The notes beneath the pieces were generated by a model, which worked only from the letters and a program-made list of their open reading frames with translations, searched no databases and was not told where the DNA came from. Shown in pieces: positions 37,677 through 46,680 of a stretch of 59,743 bases of DNA. Where the stretch lies: positions 79,048 through 138,790 of the forward strand of contig FR878266.1 in assembly GCA_000434335.1 (NCBI GenBank). Reading direction: 5' to 3'. A program made the translations under genes and the position numbers. Each line of letters opens with the position of its first letter. Positions within the stretch are counted from its first letter, which is position 1. This DNA comes from Clostridium sp. CAG:492 (GTDB lineage Bacteria; Bacillota; Clostridia; TANB77; CAG-508).

Positions 37677-37854
37677 CTTTACTATCAGTCCTTTCCACAT
37701 TCAAAAAAAATCTTATCTTCATTATAACGGATTATATCATTATTTTTATAACTTTGTATATAGGATTTTTTATTTTATTAATTTTTTCGTAACAGTTTTT
37801 GGCATTTAGAATAATATATACCATACGAAAGATTTGAAAGGGGGGAAATAAGAT

Positions 37855-37977
37855 ATGCCAGAAAATAGAAATTGCGGATGCGGATGTGGTTTCGGATTTG
37901 GAGATGACTGCATTTGGATAATAGTTTTACTTCTAATAATTTGTTGTTGTTGCGGAGGTAACAGAGGTTGTTGCTAA
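37855..37977 (+). CDS. Tiny Cys/Gly-rich single-TM peptide (40 aa), YjcZ-like sporulation micro-protein candidate
   Basis: AAAGGGGGG RBS, then ATG. Encodes MPENRNCGCGCGFGFGDDCIWIIVLLLIICCCCGGNRGCC* (10 Cys). A strong terminator follows. A possible mother-cell type promoter GCATTT-N14-CATACGAA lies just upstream. Confidence 0.5.
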   Translation: MPENRNCGCGCGFGFGDDCIWIIVLLLIICCCCGGNRGCC

Positions 37978-37982
37978 AAAAT

Positions 37983-38012
37983 AGCGAGAAAATCAAATAA
38001 GATTTTCTCGCT
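37983..38012. terminator. Bidirectional terminator shared by the micro-protein gene and the convergent Ig-repeat gene
   Basis: 12-bp arms agcgagaaaatc / gattttctcgct. Confidence 0.75.
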
Positions 38013-38017
38013 ATCTT

Positions 38018-39220
38018 TTATTTTGTTGTTTTACCTTTATATTGGCTCTTATCGTTTTGATTATACGCATCAACAATAATATAATTATTTCCGTCGACTA
38101 AATTTAGTTTTAATTGATATTCTTTTTTATTTATATTATCAACAGTCTTTTCTTCGCCATTAAAGTTGTAGGTAACTTTTGTAATATTATTTTCATCTGT
38201 TATATTAATTATTATTTCATTTTCATCTCTTAATGCACTTATTTTTGGTCCATTTGTACCATATACCTTTTTTGTAAAAGTATTTTCGTAATCACTTTTT
38301 AATGAATCTGCATATGCAGAAATTGAAATTTTATTTTCCCCATCTTTAAGTGGTAGTTTAAATTCATATTCATTTTTATTTATATTATCAATAGTCTTTT
38401 CTTCACCATTAAATGTATAGATAATTTTAGTTATATTTATATCATTTTTTACTTTTACAACAATATTGTCATCTTCTTGGTTTACTTGTATTTCTGAACC
38501 ATTTGCTCCTTGAACTTCTTTTTCAACAGTTTCAACATTTCCAGCTTTATCATATGCCTTTACAACTAGTTTATTTGTTCCTTTTTTTACACTTCTTGAA
38601 TCAATTTCTGTTGTTAAAGCTTTTTCATCATCAGATAAACCTGTTACTTTATTTTCTTCTTCACCATTCCAGCTGTATGTTACATATGACATTTTCACAT
38701 CATCTTTTGCTGTTATAACAATTCTTCCTTTTACTGATTCTACTGTTAATATAGGTTTTGTTTTATCATTTTTAACTGCGTCTTCCCAATTTTCAGTATT
38801 ATCTTGATTCTCTTCATATGCAATCTTTACTGGATTATATATTATTGTATTTCCATTAGAATCCACAATTTTTATATTTAACTCATTTGTTCCTAATGTA
38901 GTCGGTATATTAACACTCAAACTTTTTTCTCCGTTTTGTTCAACAGTTGTTTCAATTCCATTATTCCAAGAATACATAACCAAATTTATACCTATATTAG
39001 ATGTTATATTTAATACTGTTGTTCCAGAATTTCTTTGGATATTTATTTCTGGAGTTTCACCTATATTTATTTTATTATTTTTATTCTTATAAATTCCATA
39101 AGTACCTTCCATAGCTAATATTATTCCGAAAAAAATAATAAAAATAGAAAAAAATTTAATTACTTTTTTCAGTTGTACCTTCGAACTTCCAATAGTTTGA
39201 AATGATAAAATTTGATTCAT
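38018..39220 (-). CDS. Membrane-anchored protein with four Ig-like repeats
   Basis: N-terminal TM helix. Repeats of about 85 aa share Y-x-(W/F)-N-G-E...K-x-Y, for example KIIYTFNGEEKTIDNINKNEYEFKLPLKDGENKISISAY and KVTYNFNGEEKTVDNINKKEYQLKLNLVDGNNYIIVDAY. Confidence 0.6.
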   Translation of the reverse strand: MNQILSFQTIGSSKVQLKKVIKFFSIFIIFFGIILAMEGTYGIYKNKNNKINIGETPEINIQRNSGTTVLNITSNIGINLVMYSWNNGIETTVEQNGEKSLSVNIPTTLGTNELNIKIVDSNGNTIIYNPVKIAYEENQDNTENWEDAVKNDKTKPILTVESVKGRIVITAKDDVKMSYVTYSWNGEEENKVTGLSDDEKALTTEIDSRSVKKGTNKLVVKAYDKAGNVETVEKEVQGANGSEIQVNQEDDNIVVKVKNDINITKIIYTFNGEEKTIDNINKNEYEFKLPLKDGENKISISAYADSLKSDYENTFTKKVYGTNGPKISALRDENEIIINITDENNITKVTYNFNGEEKTVDNINKKEYQLKLNLVDGNNYIIVDAYNQNDKSQYKGKTTK

Positions 39221-39368
39221 TAATAATTACACCTTTCATATTTTAATTTTTATATATTATAACATAAGCTCTTTTTTTAGTAAACTAAAAAAAAAAATTA
39301 TACAACTTTTTCTAAATGTAAAGCTCAATAATATTATTAGCATATTTGAAATTTACACACAAAAAAAT

Positions 39369-39386
39369 AAAAGGCCAATTGGTCTT
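39369..39386 (-). terminator. Terminator after spoIIE
   Basis: aaaggcc aatt ggtcttt, followed by a T-run on the minus strand. Confidence 0.55.
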
Positions 39387-39394
39387 TTATTTTT

Positions 39395-41881
39395 TTATTT
39401 ACTTACTTTCGCTACAATTACAGTCATATCATCTTTTTCTTTACCATAATCATTATCAATTGCTTCGCTTATTATTAAATCTGCAATTTGTTGTACATCA
39501 TCTGTTTGAAGCTCTTCTAAAAAGTATTTAAGCCAAAGCTCTTTGTGTAGATACTCTGTATTTGATTCTACAATTCCATCACTACACATTACAATAATAT
39601 CTCCATCTTTTATGTCTTTATCATATACAACCAAATCAATATCATTAACAATTCCAGTTGGAAGAGATATTGATTTTACAAGTTCAACTTCTTTATTTCT
39701 TTTTATATATGTTGGGCACGCCCCATTTTTTATAAACTCAATATTACCTTGGTATAAGTCTAGTATTAATATATCCAATGTTGCATACATATCTTCATCA
39801 TTATTGGCAGATAATGTTGAATTTATCATTTTTATTGAAACATCTTTTTTAAAACCAGATGTTAACATTCGCTCTAACATTTTAATGGCGATTTTACTAC
39901 TTTTTCTTGCTTCTGGACCAGAGCCCATACCATCGCTTATTGCTAATAAATATTTTCCATCATTTAATTTTGTTTGTAAGCTTGTATCTCCAGATACTGG
40001 TGAATCATACTTTTTTGCTCTTGCTATTCCTACATTTAAATTGTACAAGTCACTTGAAATAAAAGAAAATGCAAGTGAATCATTATCTGGTTTTAATGAA
40101 CTTTTCTTTTTTTGTAAAGTCATTTTTTCTTGTAATACTTTAGTTAATACTCGTCCTATTTTTTTAGCCATATTTTCAATGTTTTCGTCACAATCTTTAG
40201 TATATATTGTAACAATTGTTCTATCAGAGTCATTCTTTTTTACTTTTATATCTGATATAACAATTCCTTTTTGCATTAAAATTTTTCTTATAAGCTCTTT
40301 TTTATCTGTATATTTTTCATTTTTTGAATCTCTTATATCATCAGCTAAATCTGATATTACCTCTGACACTCCTTGTAGTTGAACAGACATACTTTTATTT
40401 TTTTCATCTAATTTCTTTTTCCATACAAAATTTATTTTACTTAATTTATATGATTTATTTATAACATCAATCATATCTTTCATATCATTTTCTACGCTAC
40501 TATTAATATTACCATTTTCGGTTCCAATTATATAATTGTTATATTTTGCAAAAATTAAAATTAAAACATCTTTTGTTAATTTTTTATTTTTGCTTAAATG
40601 TTTAAAAATATCATTAATAATTTCATCAGAATTTTTTATATCGTCATATAAAATATTATCTTCCATTCCATCTATATTATTATTTAGCTCTTTTTTAAAT
40701 ATTTCTTTATTTTCCAATTCACAAGTAAGGTCTTCTTTATTTTCTAATACTGTTGCAGCAACTTCGTCATAACTTTTAGCCATTTCAGAAATTGTTTCAG
40801 ATATATTACTTAATTTATTTACAGTTTCTTTACTTTCTTCAAGTGCTCTTTTGTTCATATCTGGTAATAGTGTTGAATTATCAAATAATTCGTTCATTGC
40901 GACTTCCGCTTTTTTTGGTATTAATAATAATCCTAGTGATGCAATTAATATTTCTTGAAATAAAATTATTGGCTCTATATTATCATTTGAAACATATGTA
41001 ATAATAATATTTCCAGCTATAAAACCTATAATTACTCCTAATTTACCAACCTTACTGAATATTCCAGAAAGCATTCCAGCAATTGCAAATGCAGCAATTG
41101 TTATTGGTGGCTCATTTCCAATAATTCCTAATACAATTCCAATTGTAACACCACCTGTAGTTCCAACTAAAATTCCACTTTTCCAGCCTAGTATTAATAC
41201 AATTAAAATACAAAGCACATTTTTTAAAGAATATCCTAATATATTTATTGGTTCAAGTGCTGTAATTGCTATTGCTAACAACAAGCTTGCTCCCATTAGC
41301 TCTTCTATTGAAAATGCCTTTTTTTCTCCATATTCATATATAACATCTATAGCATTAACAAAAATTTTATAAAATATATAAGTAATTATACTTAGCAGTA
41401 CTGTAAAAATTACATTTGATAATTTTAATGTTGTAAAAAGCATTGGAACAATATTTACAATAAAAATTGAAATTATAATATTTTTTCCTAATTTCAATTT
41501 TTCATTATAATCTACTTGTTTTTTCGTTTTTACAATAAACAGTGTTGCAAAAAATACTAAACTTGTAAGAAAATAATTAGCTGTTATATCTTTTCCAAGA
41601 CCCACAAAACTTCCTAATAAGGTTATTATGTATACAATACTTATTGGAATTCCCGAACTTGCTGTTGCAGCAAGAATAGCTAGTCCAAAAGGTGCTAACC
41701 CTAATGAAATGTCACCTCCAAAACTTACCATAGATATCATAAAAGAAATTACATATAAAATAATGTTTTGCCTTGAAAAGGACCTCTTTAAGAACATACC
41801 AATTTCTTCGTTATTTAATTTAACATCCTTATAATGATTTTTATTATTATCACTAAAATCATTCGCTATATTTTGAAACAT
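39395..41881 (-). CDS. spoIIE: Stage II sporulation protein E (PP2C phosphatase)
   Basis: About 10 N-terminal TM helices, a central region, and a C-terminal PP2C domain (SDGMGSG ... DDMTVIV). ATG at 41881 is preceded by AGAGGTGG. Confidence 0.9.
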   Translation of the reverse strand: MFQNIANDFSDNNKNHYKDVKLNNEEIGMFLKRSFSRQNIILYVISFMISMVSFGGDISLGLAPFGLAILAATASSGIPISIVYIITLLGSFVGLGKDITANYFLTSLVFFATLFIVKTKKQVDYNEKLKLGKNIIISIFIVNIVPMLFTTLKLSNVIFTVLLSIITYIFYKIFVNAIDVIYEYGEKKAFSIEELMGASLLLAIAITALEPINILGYSLKNVLCILIVLILGWKSGILVGTTGGVTIGIVLGIIGNEPPITIAAFAIAGMLSGIFSKVGKLGVIIGFIAGNIIITYVSNDNIEPIILFQEILIASLGLLLIPKKAEVAMNELFDNSTLLPDMNKRALEESKETVNKLSNISETISEMAKSYDEVAATVLENKEDLTCELENKEIFKKELNNNIDGMEDNILYDDIKNSDEIINDIFKHLSKNKKLTKDVLILIFAKYNNYIIGTENGNINSSVENDMKDMIDVINKSYKLSKINFVWKKKLDEKNKSMSVQLQGVSEVISDLADDIRDSKNEKYTDKKELIRKILMQKGIVISDIKVKKNDSDRTIVTIYTKDCDENIENMAKKIGRVLTKVLQEKMTLQKKKSSLKPDNDSLAFSFISSDLYNLNVGIARAKKYDSPVSGDTSLQTKLNDGKYLLAISDGMGSGPEARKSSKIAIKMLERMLTSGFKKDVSIKMINSTLSANNDEDMYATLDILILDLYQGNIEFIKNGACPTYIKRNKEVELVKSISLPTGIVNDIDLVVYDKDIKDGDIIVMCSDGIVESNTEYLHKELWLKYFLEELQTDDVQQIADLIISEAIDNDYGKEKDDMTVIVAKVSK

Positions 41882-42153
41882 CCTTACCACCTCTTACCTT
41901 TTTATTTATGATGTATATATATTACACGATTTTTGTTAAAATTTTTGTCGTTTTACATACATAAAATATAAAAAGTTTTTTACATATTGTGATATATTAT
42001 ATTATTTTTTTCCATTATCTATTTTAATAACACAAATTATGTTTTATATTCTATCTCAAAATACCATAAAAAACAATATTTAAGAAGAAAATTTATATAT
42101 ACATTTTAATTTTTCTGCATATATTATAATAAGTAATTTTTTATGGAGGTATT

Positions 42154-42312
42154 ATGAATAACAATAATATGGATATTTCAAAACTAATGAATGCATTATC
42201 TAATATGGATAAAAAAGATTTAGAAAAAGGAATCGCACAATTAAATAATGTTTTAAATTCTAATGACAAACAAAAAATTATTGAGCAATTAAAAAATAAT
42301 ATGAACAAATAA
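42154..42312 (+). CDS. Small hypothetical protein (52 aa), first ORF of a plus-strand cassette
   Basis: GGAGG plus 5 nt, then ATG. Encodes MNNNNMDISKLMNALSNMDKKDLEKGIAQLNNVLNSNDKQKIIEQLKNNMNK*. Below the size cutoff of the ORF track. Confidence 0.45.
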   Translation: MNNNNMDISKLMNALSNMDKKDLEKGIAQLNNVLNSNDKQKIIEQLKNNMNK

Positions 42313-42326
42313 ATTGGAGGTTTATT

Positions 42327-42761
42327 ATGGATGGAGATATGAATGATGTTTTTCAAAAATTAAATAGCATTTTAGAAGATAAAGATATGTCAAATAATTT
42401 GAAGAATGTCCTAAGTAATTTTTCTTCATCCACAACTTCTAATAATTCGAACGAAACAAGCTCTACAGAGCGAAATAATAATAGCTCTACTTTTAACACA
42501 GAAAATTCTTCTGAACAAAGCAATAGTTCTGGTGGAATTCCAGAATTTGATATAAATACAATTTTAAAAATAAAAAAAATTATGGATTCAATTAATCACG
42601 ATAAAAAAGATGACCCAAGAGCCAATTTACTACGCTCTTTAAAACCATATTTAAGTGATAACAAAAAAGATAAAATAGATAATTACATCAAATTCTTGCA
42701 ATTTGCAAAGATTATTGAAGTAATGAATCCCTTAGGTGGTGATGGAATAAAAAATGAATAA
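42327..42761 (+). CDS. Hypothetical Ser/Asn-rich protein (144 aa)
   Basis: GGAGG RBS. Low-complexity middle region and a more ordered C-terminus: DPRANLLRSLKPYLSDNKKDKIDNYIKFLQFAKIIEVM. Confidence 0.6.
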   Translation: MDGDMNDVFQKLNSILEDKDMSNNLKNVLSNFSSSTTSNNSNETSSTERNNNSSTFNTENSSEQSNSSGGIPEFDINTILKIKKIMDSINHDKKDDPRANLLRSLKPYLSDNKKDKIDNYIKFLQFAKIIEVMNPLGGDGIKNE

Positions 42762-43104
42762 TTTTAGACCACCATTTTTTTATCCACCACATTATCCTCA
42801 TTATTTTAATAATTATAAGCCATATCGCTCTGTTCAAAAAAATAATAAACCACAAGAATTATTACCTACAACTTCTAATTCGGATAATGTAAAATCAAAT
42901 TTAGAAGATGAAAAAAAATGTGATGAACATACAAAAAAAAGACATTTTAATAGCTCTGATAAAAAAAATCCACCTTTATTAGAATTTGCTGGTATAAAAC
43001 TTTATAGTGATGATGTTTTAATTTTAGCACTTATTTATTTTTTATATAAAGAAAATATTGATGATAAATTATTATTAATTGCATTATTTTCGTTATTATT
43101 CTAA
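42754..43104 (+). CDS. Hypothetical protein (116 aa) with a Pro/Tyr-rich N-terminus and a C-terminal hydrophobic segment
   Basis: Overlaps the previous ORF by 8 nt. MNNFRPPFFYPPHYPHYFNNYKPY... LILALIYFLYKENIDDKLLLIALFSLLF. Confidence 0.6.
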   Translation: MNNFRPPFFYPPHYPHYFNNYKPYRSVQKNNKPQELLPTTSNSDNVKSNLEDEKKCDEHTKKRHFNSSDKKNPPLLEFAGIKLYSDDVLILALIYFLYKENIDDKLLLIALFSLLF

Positions 43105-43186
43105 CAATTTGTAATTTTTTAGCGGATTGTTACTGTTTACATTTTTAATAAAAACAGTACATAAAATATGTATACTTTAAATTTAA

Positions 43187-43227
43187 AAAGCAAAAGAAAA
43201 TTAATTTACAAAATTTTCTTTTGCTTT
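43187..43227. terminator. Bidirectional terminator between the cassette and PBP2
   Basis: 16-bp arms aaagcaaaagaaaatt / aattttcttttgcttt. Confidence 0.7.
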
Positions 43228-43230
43228 TAT

Positions 43231-45285
43231 TTACTCATTATTGCTAACTACTTCATCTTCATAAAAGTATGAATCAAAAATATCTTTTGCAACTTGTGCA
43301 GCATATGCTCCGTGTCCACCATTTTCTATTATAGATACTACTGCAATTTCTGGGTTGTCAAAAGGTGCAAATCCCACAAACCAAGCGTGAGTTTTATTTC
43401 CTGCTTGAGCTGAACCTGTTTTTCCACCTACTTGTATGCTTGAATCTTTAAATATAGAGTATGCTGTTCCTCCAGATTCTGTTGTAACATTTTTCATTCC
43501 TTCTAAAACAGCTTTTACATTTTCGTCTTTAAATGTTTTTTCTTCAATATTTTCATCTTCAACACCTAATACTTCTTTTACGTGCTTATTTATTTCATCT
43601 TTAGATACTTCTGTGTTATCTGAATTTATAATTGATTTTATTAATGTAGTATCAATTTGGTGTCCCCCATTTACTAATATACTAATATATTTAGCCATTT
43701 GCACTGGTGTAACGTTATTGTAACTTTGTCCAATAGCTGCTGATAGAGTTTCTCCCACATACCATTCTCTGTTTTCTTCTTTTGCTCTATCTCTACTAGC
43801 TATATTTCCTGTTGCTTCACTTGGTAATTCTATACCTGTTTTTCTTCCCAATCCAAAATATTTTGAATAACTAGAAAGTGTATCAATTCCAATTCTATTT
43901 CCTATTTCATAAAAATAATAGTTACAAGAATGTTGTATTGCTTGTGATATATCTAATGAACCGTGACCTCTTTTATATGTTGTATAATACCAACATACTG
44001 GTTTATGTGCAGCTGGATATACACCTGTACAATTTACTTTTTCGGTTGTTGTAATTGCATTTGTTTCTAATCCAGCCATAGCAGTTATCATTTTAAAAGT
44101 TGAACCAGGTGCATACGTACCGCTTATTGCTCTGTTATATAAAGATTCATTTTCTCTATATTCATTATATTTTTCTGTGCTAATTCCATTTACAAACAAT
44201 TGAGGTTCATAATCTGGATAACTTGCCAAAGCTAAAATTTCTCCTGTTTTTGTATTCATTACAACTACAGCACCAGCTTTTGCATCAAATTTTTCTGCAT
44301 AACCACCATTTGCAATTTTTTCTATATCAGATTTTAATGCTGTTTCAGCAACAGATTGAACATTGGCATCTATTGTAAGTTCAACATCAGAGCCAACAAC
44401 TGGTTCTTCTGTTATATACTCACCTGTTATATTACCTTTAATATCCATATCTATTTGTCTTTTTCCATTTTTGCCTCTTAAGTATTTTTCAAAAACATAC
44501 TGAATTCCTGTTTTTCCTATTATTTCATTTTTATCATAATCATCTCCAACATTTTCAAGCTCAGATTGTGTTATTTTTCCACAATACCCCAAAACGTGTG
44601 ATGCCAAAGAGCCATTATTATATGTTATAACTGGTTTTGTAATAATATCAATTCCAGAAAAACTACTATTTTCTTCACTAAATTTTAATATTGAGTTTTT
44701 AGTAATATTATTAGCAATTTCGACAGGTTTTATTGTACTATATCCATTTTGTGTTATTTCATATCTAATTGCCATTACTTTTCTTGCTTCAGCCACATCA
44801 TCAATTTTTATTTCATATTTTTCTTTTAAATAATTAAAACATTGCTCTGCATTATATTCTTCATTTATTCCATTATTTTTCTTCCATTTTTTTATTGTAT
44901 CTTCATTTTCTGTAGAAAACTTAAATGGATTTACATCTATAATTAAATTATCAACGTATGAATCACCATTTTCCTCCAACACGTGAATTATATTTAATAT
45001 ATTTTTATTTAGTTCATCATTATCGGTTGTTGTTTTATATAAGTCTAAACTATAGCCTGTACTTGTTGTAACAAGTTTTACACCATTTCTGTCAAGAATT
45101 TCTCCTCTATCTGCATATACTGTTGTTTCCCTTGTTAGTCTAGCACTAGACATATTTCTGTATTCATCACCGTTAAGTATTTGAAGATTAAAAAGCTGAA
45201 GAAGCAAAAGAAATCCTATAATATATACTATAACAATTAATATATTATATCTAAGATTTGTTTCATTATTTTTTTCGCCCTTCAA
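43231..45285 (-). CDS. mrdA: Penicillin-binding protein 2 (elongation transpeptidase)
   Basis: N-terminal TM helix, STFK, SCN and KTG motifs. Downstream of mreBCD. Confidence 0.9.
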   Translation of the reverse strand: MKGEKNNETNLRYNILIVIVYIIGFLLLLQLFNLQILNGDEYRNMSSARLTRETTVYADRGEILDRNGVKLVTTSTGYSLDLYKTTTDNDELNKNILNIIHVLEENGDSYVDNLIIDVNPFKFSTENEDTIKKWKKNNGINEEYNAEQCFNYLKEKYEIKIDDVAEARKVMAIRYEITQNGYSTIKPVEIANNITKNSILKFSEENSSFSGIDIITKPVITYNNGSLASHVLGYCGKITQSELENVGDDYDKNEIIGKTGIQYVFEKYLRGKNGKRQIDMDIKGNITGEYITEEPVVGSDVELTIDANVQSVAETALKSDIEKIANGGYAEKFDAKAGAVVVMNTKTGEILALASYPDYEPQLFVNGISTEKYNEYRENESLYNRAISGTYAPGSTFKMITAMAGLETNAITTTEKVNCTGVYPAAHKPVCWYYTTYKRGHGSLDISQAIQHSCNYYFYEIGNRIGIDTLSSYSKYFGLGRKTGIELPSEATGNIASRDRAKEENREWYVGETLSAAIGQSYNNVTPVQMAKYISILVNGGHQIDTTLIKSIINSDNTEVSKDEINKHVKEVLGVEDENIEEKTFKDENVKAVLEGMKNVTTESGGTAYSIFKDSSIQVGGKTGSAQAGNKTHAWFVGFAPFDNPEIAVVSIIENGGHGAYAAQVAKDIFDSYFYEDEVVSNNE

Positions 45286-45300
45286 AATTGTCTCCTTCCT

Positions 45301-45834
45301 TTAAAAATATCTAGGTAACATCTTTTTATTTTTAAATAATCCTTCAATATATACGCCAAATTTGTGTATTAATGGATATAATATTATAATTATTAATGCA
45401 TTATATATAATTTCAATTCCAAGTGTATATAAAAATGGAACCAAACTTATAGTAGTAGATAATTTAAAAAATCTAAACACATACATAATAATTTCATAAA
45501 TCGCAGTTATTATTGCTCCCATTAAAACAATTGTTATTTTACTATCTTTTGAAAATTTTTTATCTAAATAATCACCTATAAAACCAATAGCACCAAATAA
45601 TATTCCAGATATTCCAATTGTGTTTGAATACAAAAAGTCAGTATACAAACCAAATAAAACACCTAAAATTGTTCCTGTTTTTCGTCCCATAAAAATTCCA
45701 ATAAATAGTGCTAATAAAATAAACAAATTAGGCTGAACCCCATTTATTGTAAACCAACAAAAAAAATTAGTTTGTAAAAAATATATAAAAAAATATATTA
45801 TTATTATTGAAATTATTATTCCTATTTTTTTCAA
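45301..45834 (-). CDS. mreD: Rod shape-determining protein MreD
   Basis: 177-aa polytopic membrane protein directly after mreC. Confidence 0.8.
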   Translation of the reverse strand: MKKIGIIISIIIIYFFIYFLQTNFFCWFTINGVQPNLFILLALFIGIFMGRKTGTILGVLFGLYTDFLYSNTIGISGILFGAIGFIGDYLDKKFSKDSKITIVLMGAIITAIYEIIMYVFRFFKLSTTISLVPFLYTLGIEIIYNALIIIILYPLIHKFGVYIEGLFKNKKMLPRYF

Positions 45835-45849
45835 TTGGTACCTCCTAAC

Positions 45850-46665
45850 TTATTTTTTTATTACTAATACATTATTTAAATTATCAAAATCTACTGCTGT
45901 TTCAATATATACATATCTATTGGTTTTGTTTTGTGTATTTACAATTTCTTTTACTTTTCCTATGTTTATATTTTTGGGATAAATTCCTCCAATACCAGAT
46001 GTAACAATACTATCTCCCTCATTTACAACAACATCGTTATCTATATATGTTCCCTTAACTCTATCTTTCGAATCAAGTATTCCACGCGTTACTAAACTTT
46101 TTTCGGTATTCACAAAAGCTGCACTTACTGCACTTGCAGTATCTATTATTGTTTGAACTTTTGATGAATTATCTTCTACTGATACAACATACCCCACAAG
46201 GCCGCCTTCAGCAACAACTGTCATACCACTTTCTATTCCGTCATTTTTTCCAATGTTTATTACAACTACTTTACTATAATTAGAAAAATCCCTTTGTATT
46301 ACATATCCTGGAGTTGTATTATATTCTGAATACTGGTCTGTAATTTTTACATATTCTTTTAATGTTTTATTTTCAGCTTTTAATACTTCCAATTCTTGCT
46401 TGCTTATTTTTAATTCGTCATTTTCCTTTTTCAATTCACTATTTTGAGATTTTAACTCATCTTGTGTAACAAAATACTCGTTATTTTTAGATAATTTATT
46501 TTTTAAATACGCTACTCCACTTTGTGCAGACATTGTAATTTTTGTAAATGGATTCACAATTTTACTCAAAATATTATTATCCAAATTAGTAATTATTACC
46601 AAGCAAATTAATACTATAACAGTAACTATTATTCCTATCTTTCCATTTTTATTGTCTTTATACAT
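45850..46665 (-). CDS. mreC: Rod shape-determining protein MreC
   Basis: TM helix, coiled coil and beta-barrel domains (GDSIVTSGIGGIYPKNINIGKV). Confidence 0.9.
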   Translation of the reverse strand: MYKDNKNGKIGIIVTVIVLICLVIITNLDNNILSKIVNPFTKITMSAQSGVAYLKNKLSKNNEYFVTQDELKSQNSELKKENDELKISKQELEVLKAENKTLKEYVKITDQYSEYNTTPGYVIQRDFSNYSKVVVINIGKNDGIESGMTVVAEGGLVGYVVSVEDNSSKVQTIIDTASAVSAAFVNTEKSLVTRGILDSKDRVKGTYIDNDVVVNEGDSIVTSGIGGIYPKNINIGKVKEIVNTQNKTNRYVYIETAVDFDNLNNVLVIKK

Positions 46666-46680
46666 TACATTCTCCTAAAA

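Noticed and set aside
37778-37996. 72-aa minus-strand ORF
   Set aside because: It is antisense to the Cys-rich micro-protein gene and runs through the shared terminator hairpin. There is no RBS. The plus-strand peptide has an RBS and a terminator in the proper places.
39543-40382. 279-aa plus-strand ORF inside spoIIE. Similar long antisense ORFs occur at 6172-6723, 6877-7320, 22933-23478, 34652-35140, 37249-37809 and elsewhere.
   Set aside because: These are shadow ORFs. The coding strands are rich in AAR/GAR/AAY codons, so their complements are stop-poor and Phe/Ser/Leu/Ile-rich. None has a Shine-Dalgarno sequence, and every one is fully nested in a gene with clear family motifs.
41925-41960. 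TGTCG-containing sequence upstream of spoIIE, considered as Spo0A boxes
   Set aside because: The best match (TGTCGTT / AACGACA) differs from TGTCGAA at two positions and occurs once, which is not convincing without comparative data.
42141-42356. 71-aa minus-strand ORF
   Set aside because: It is antisense to the 52-aa plus-strand ORF, which has a GGAGG RBS, and to the start of the next ORF. The product is hydrophobic low-complexity sequence.
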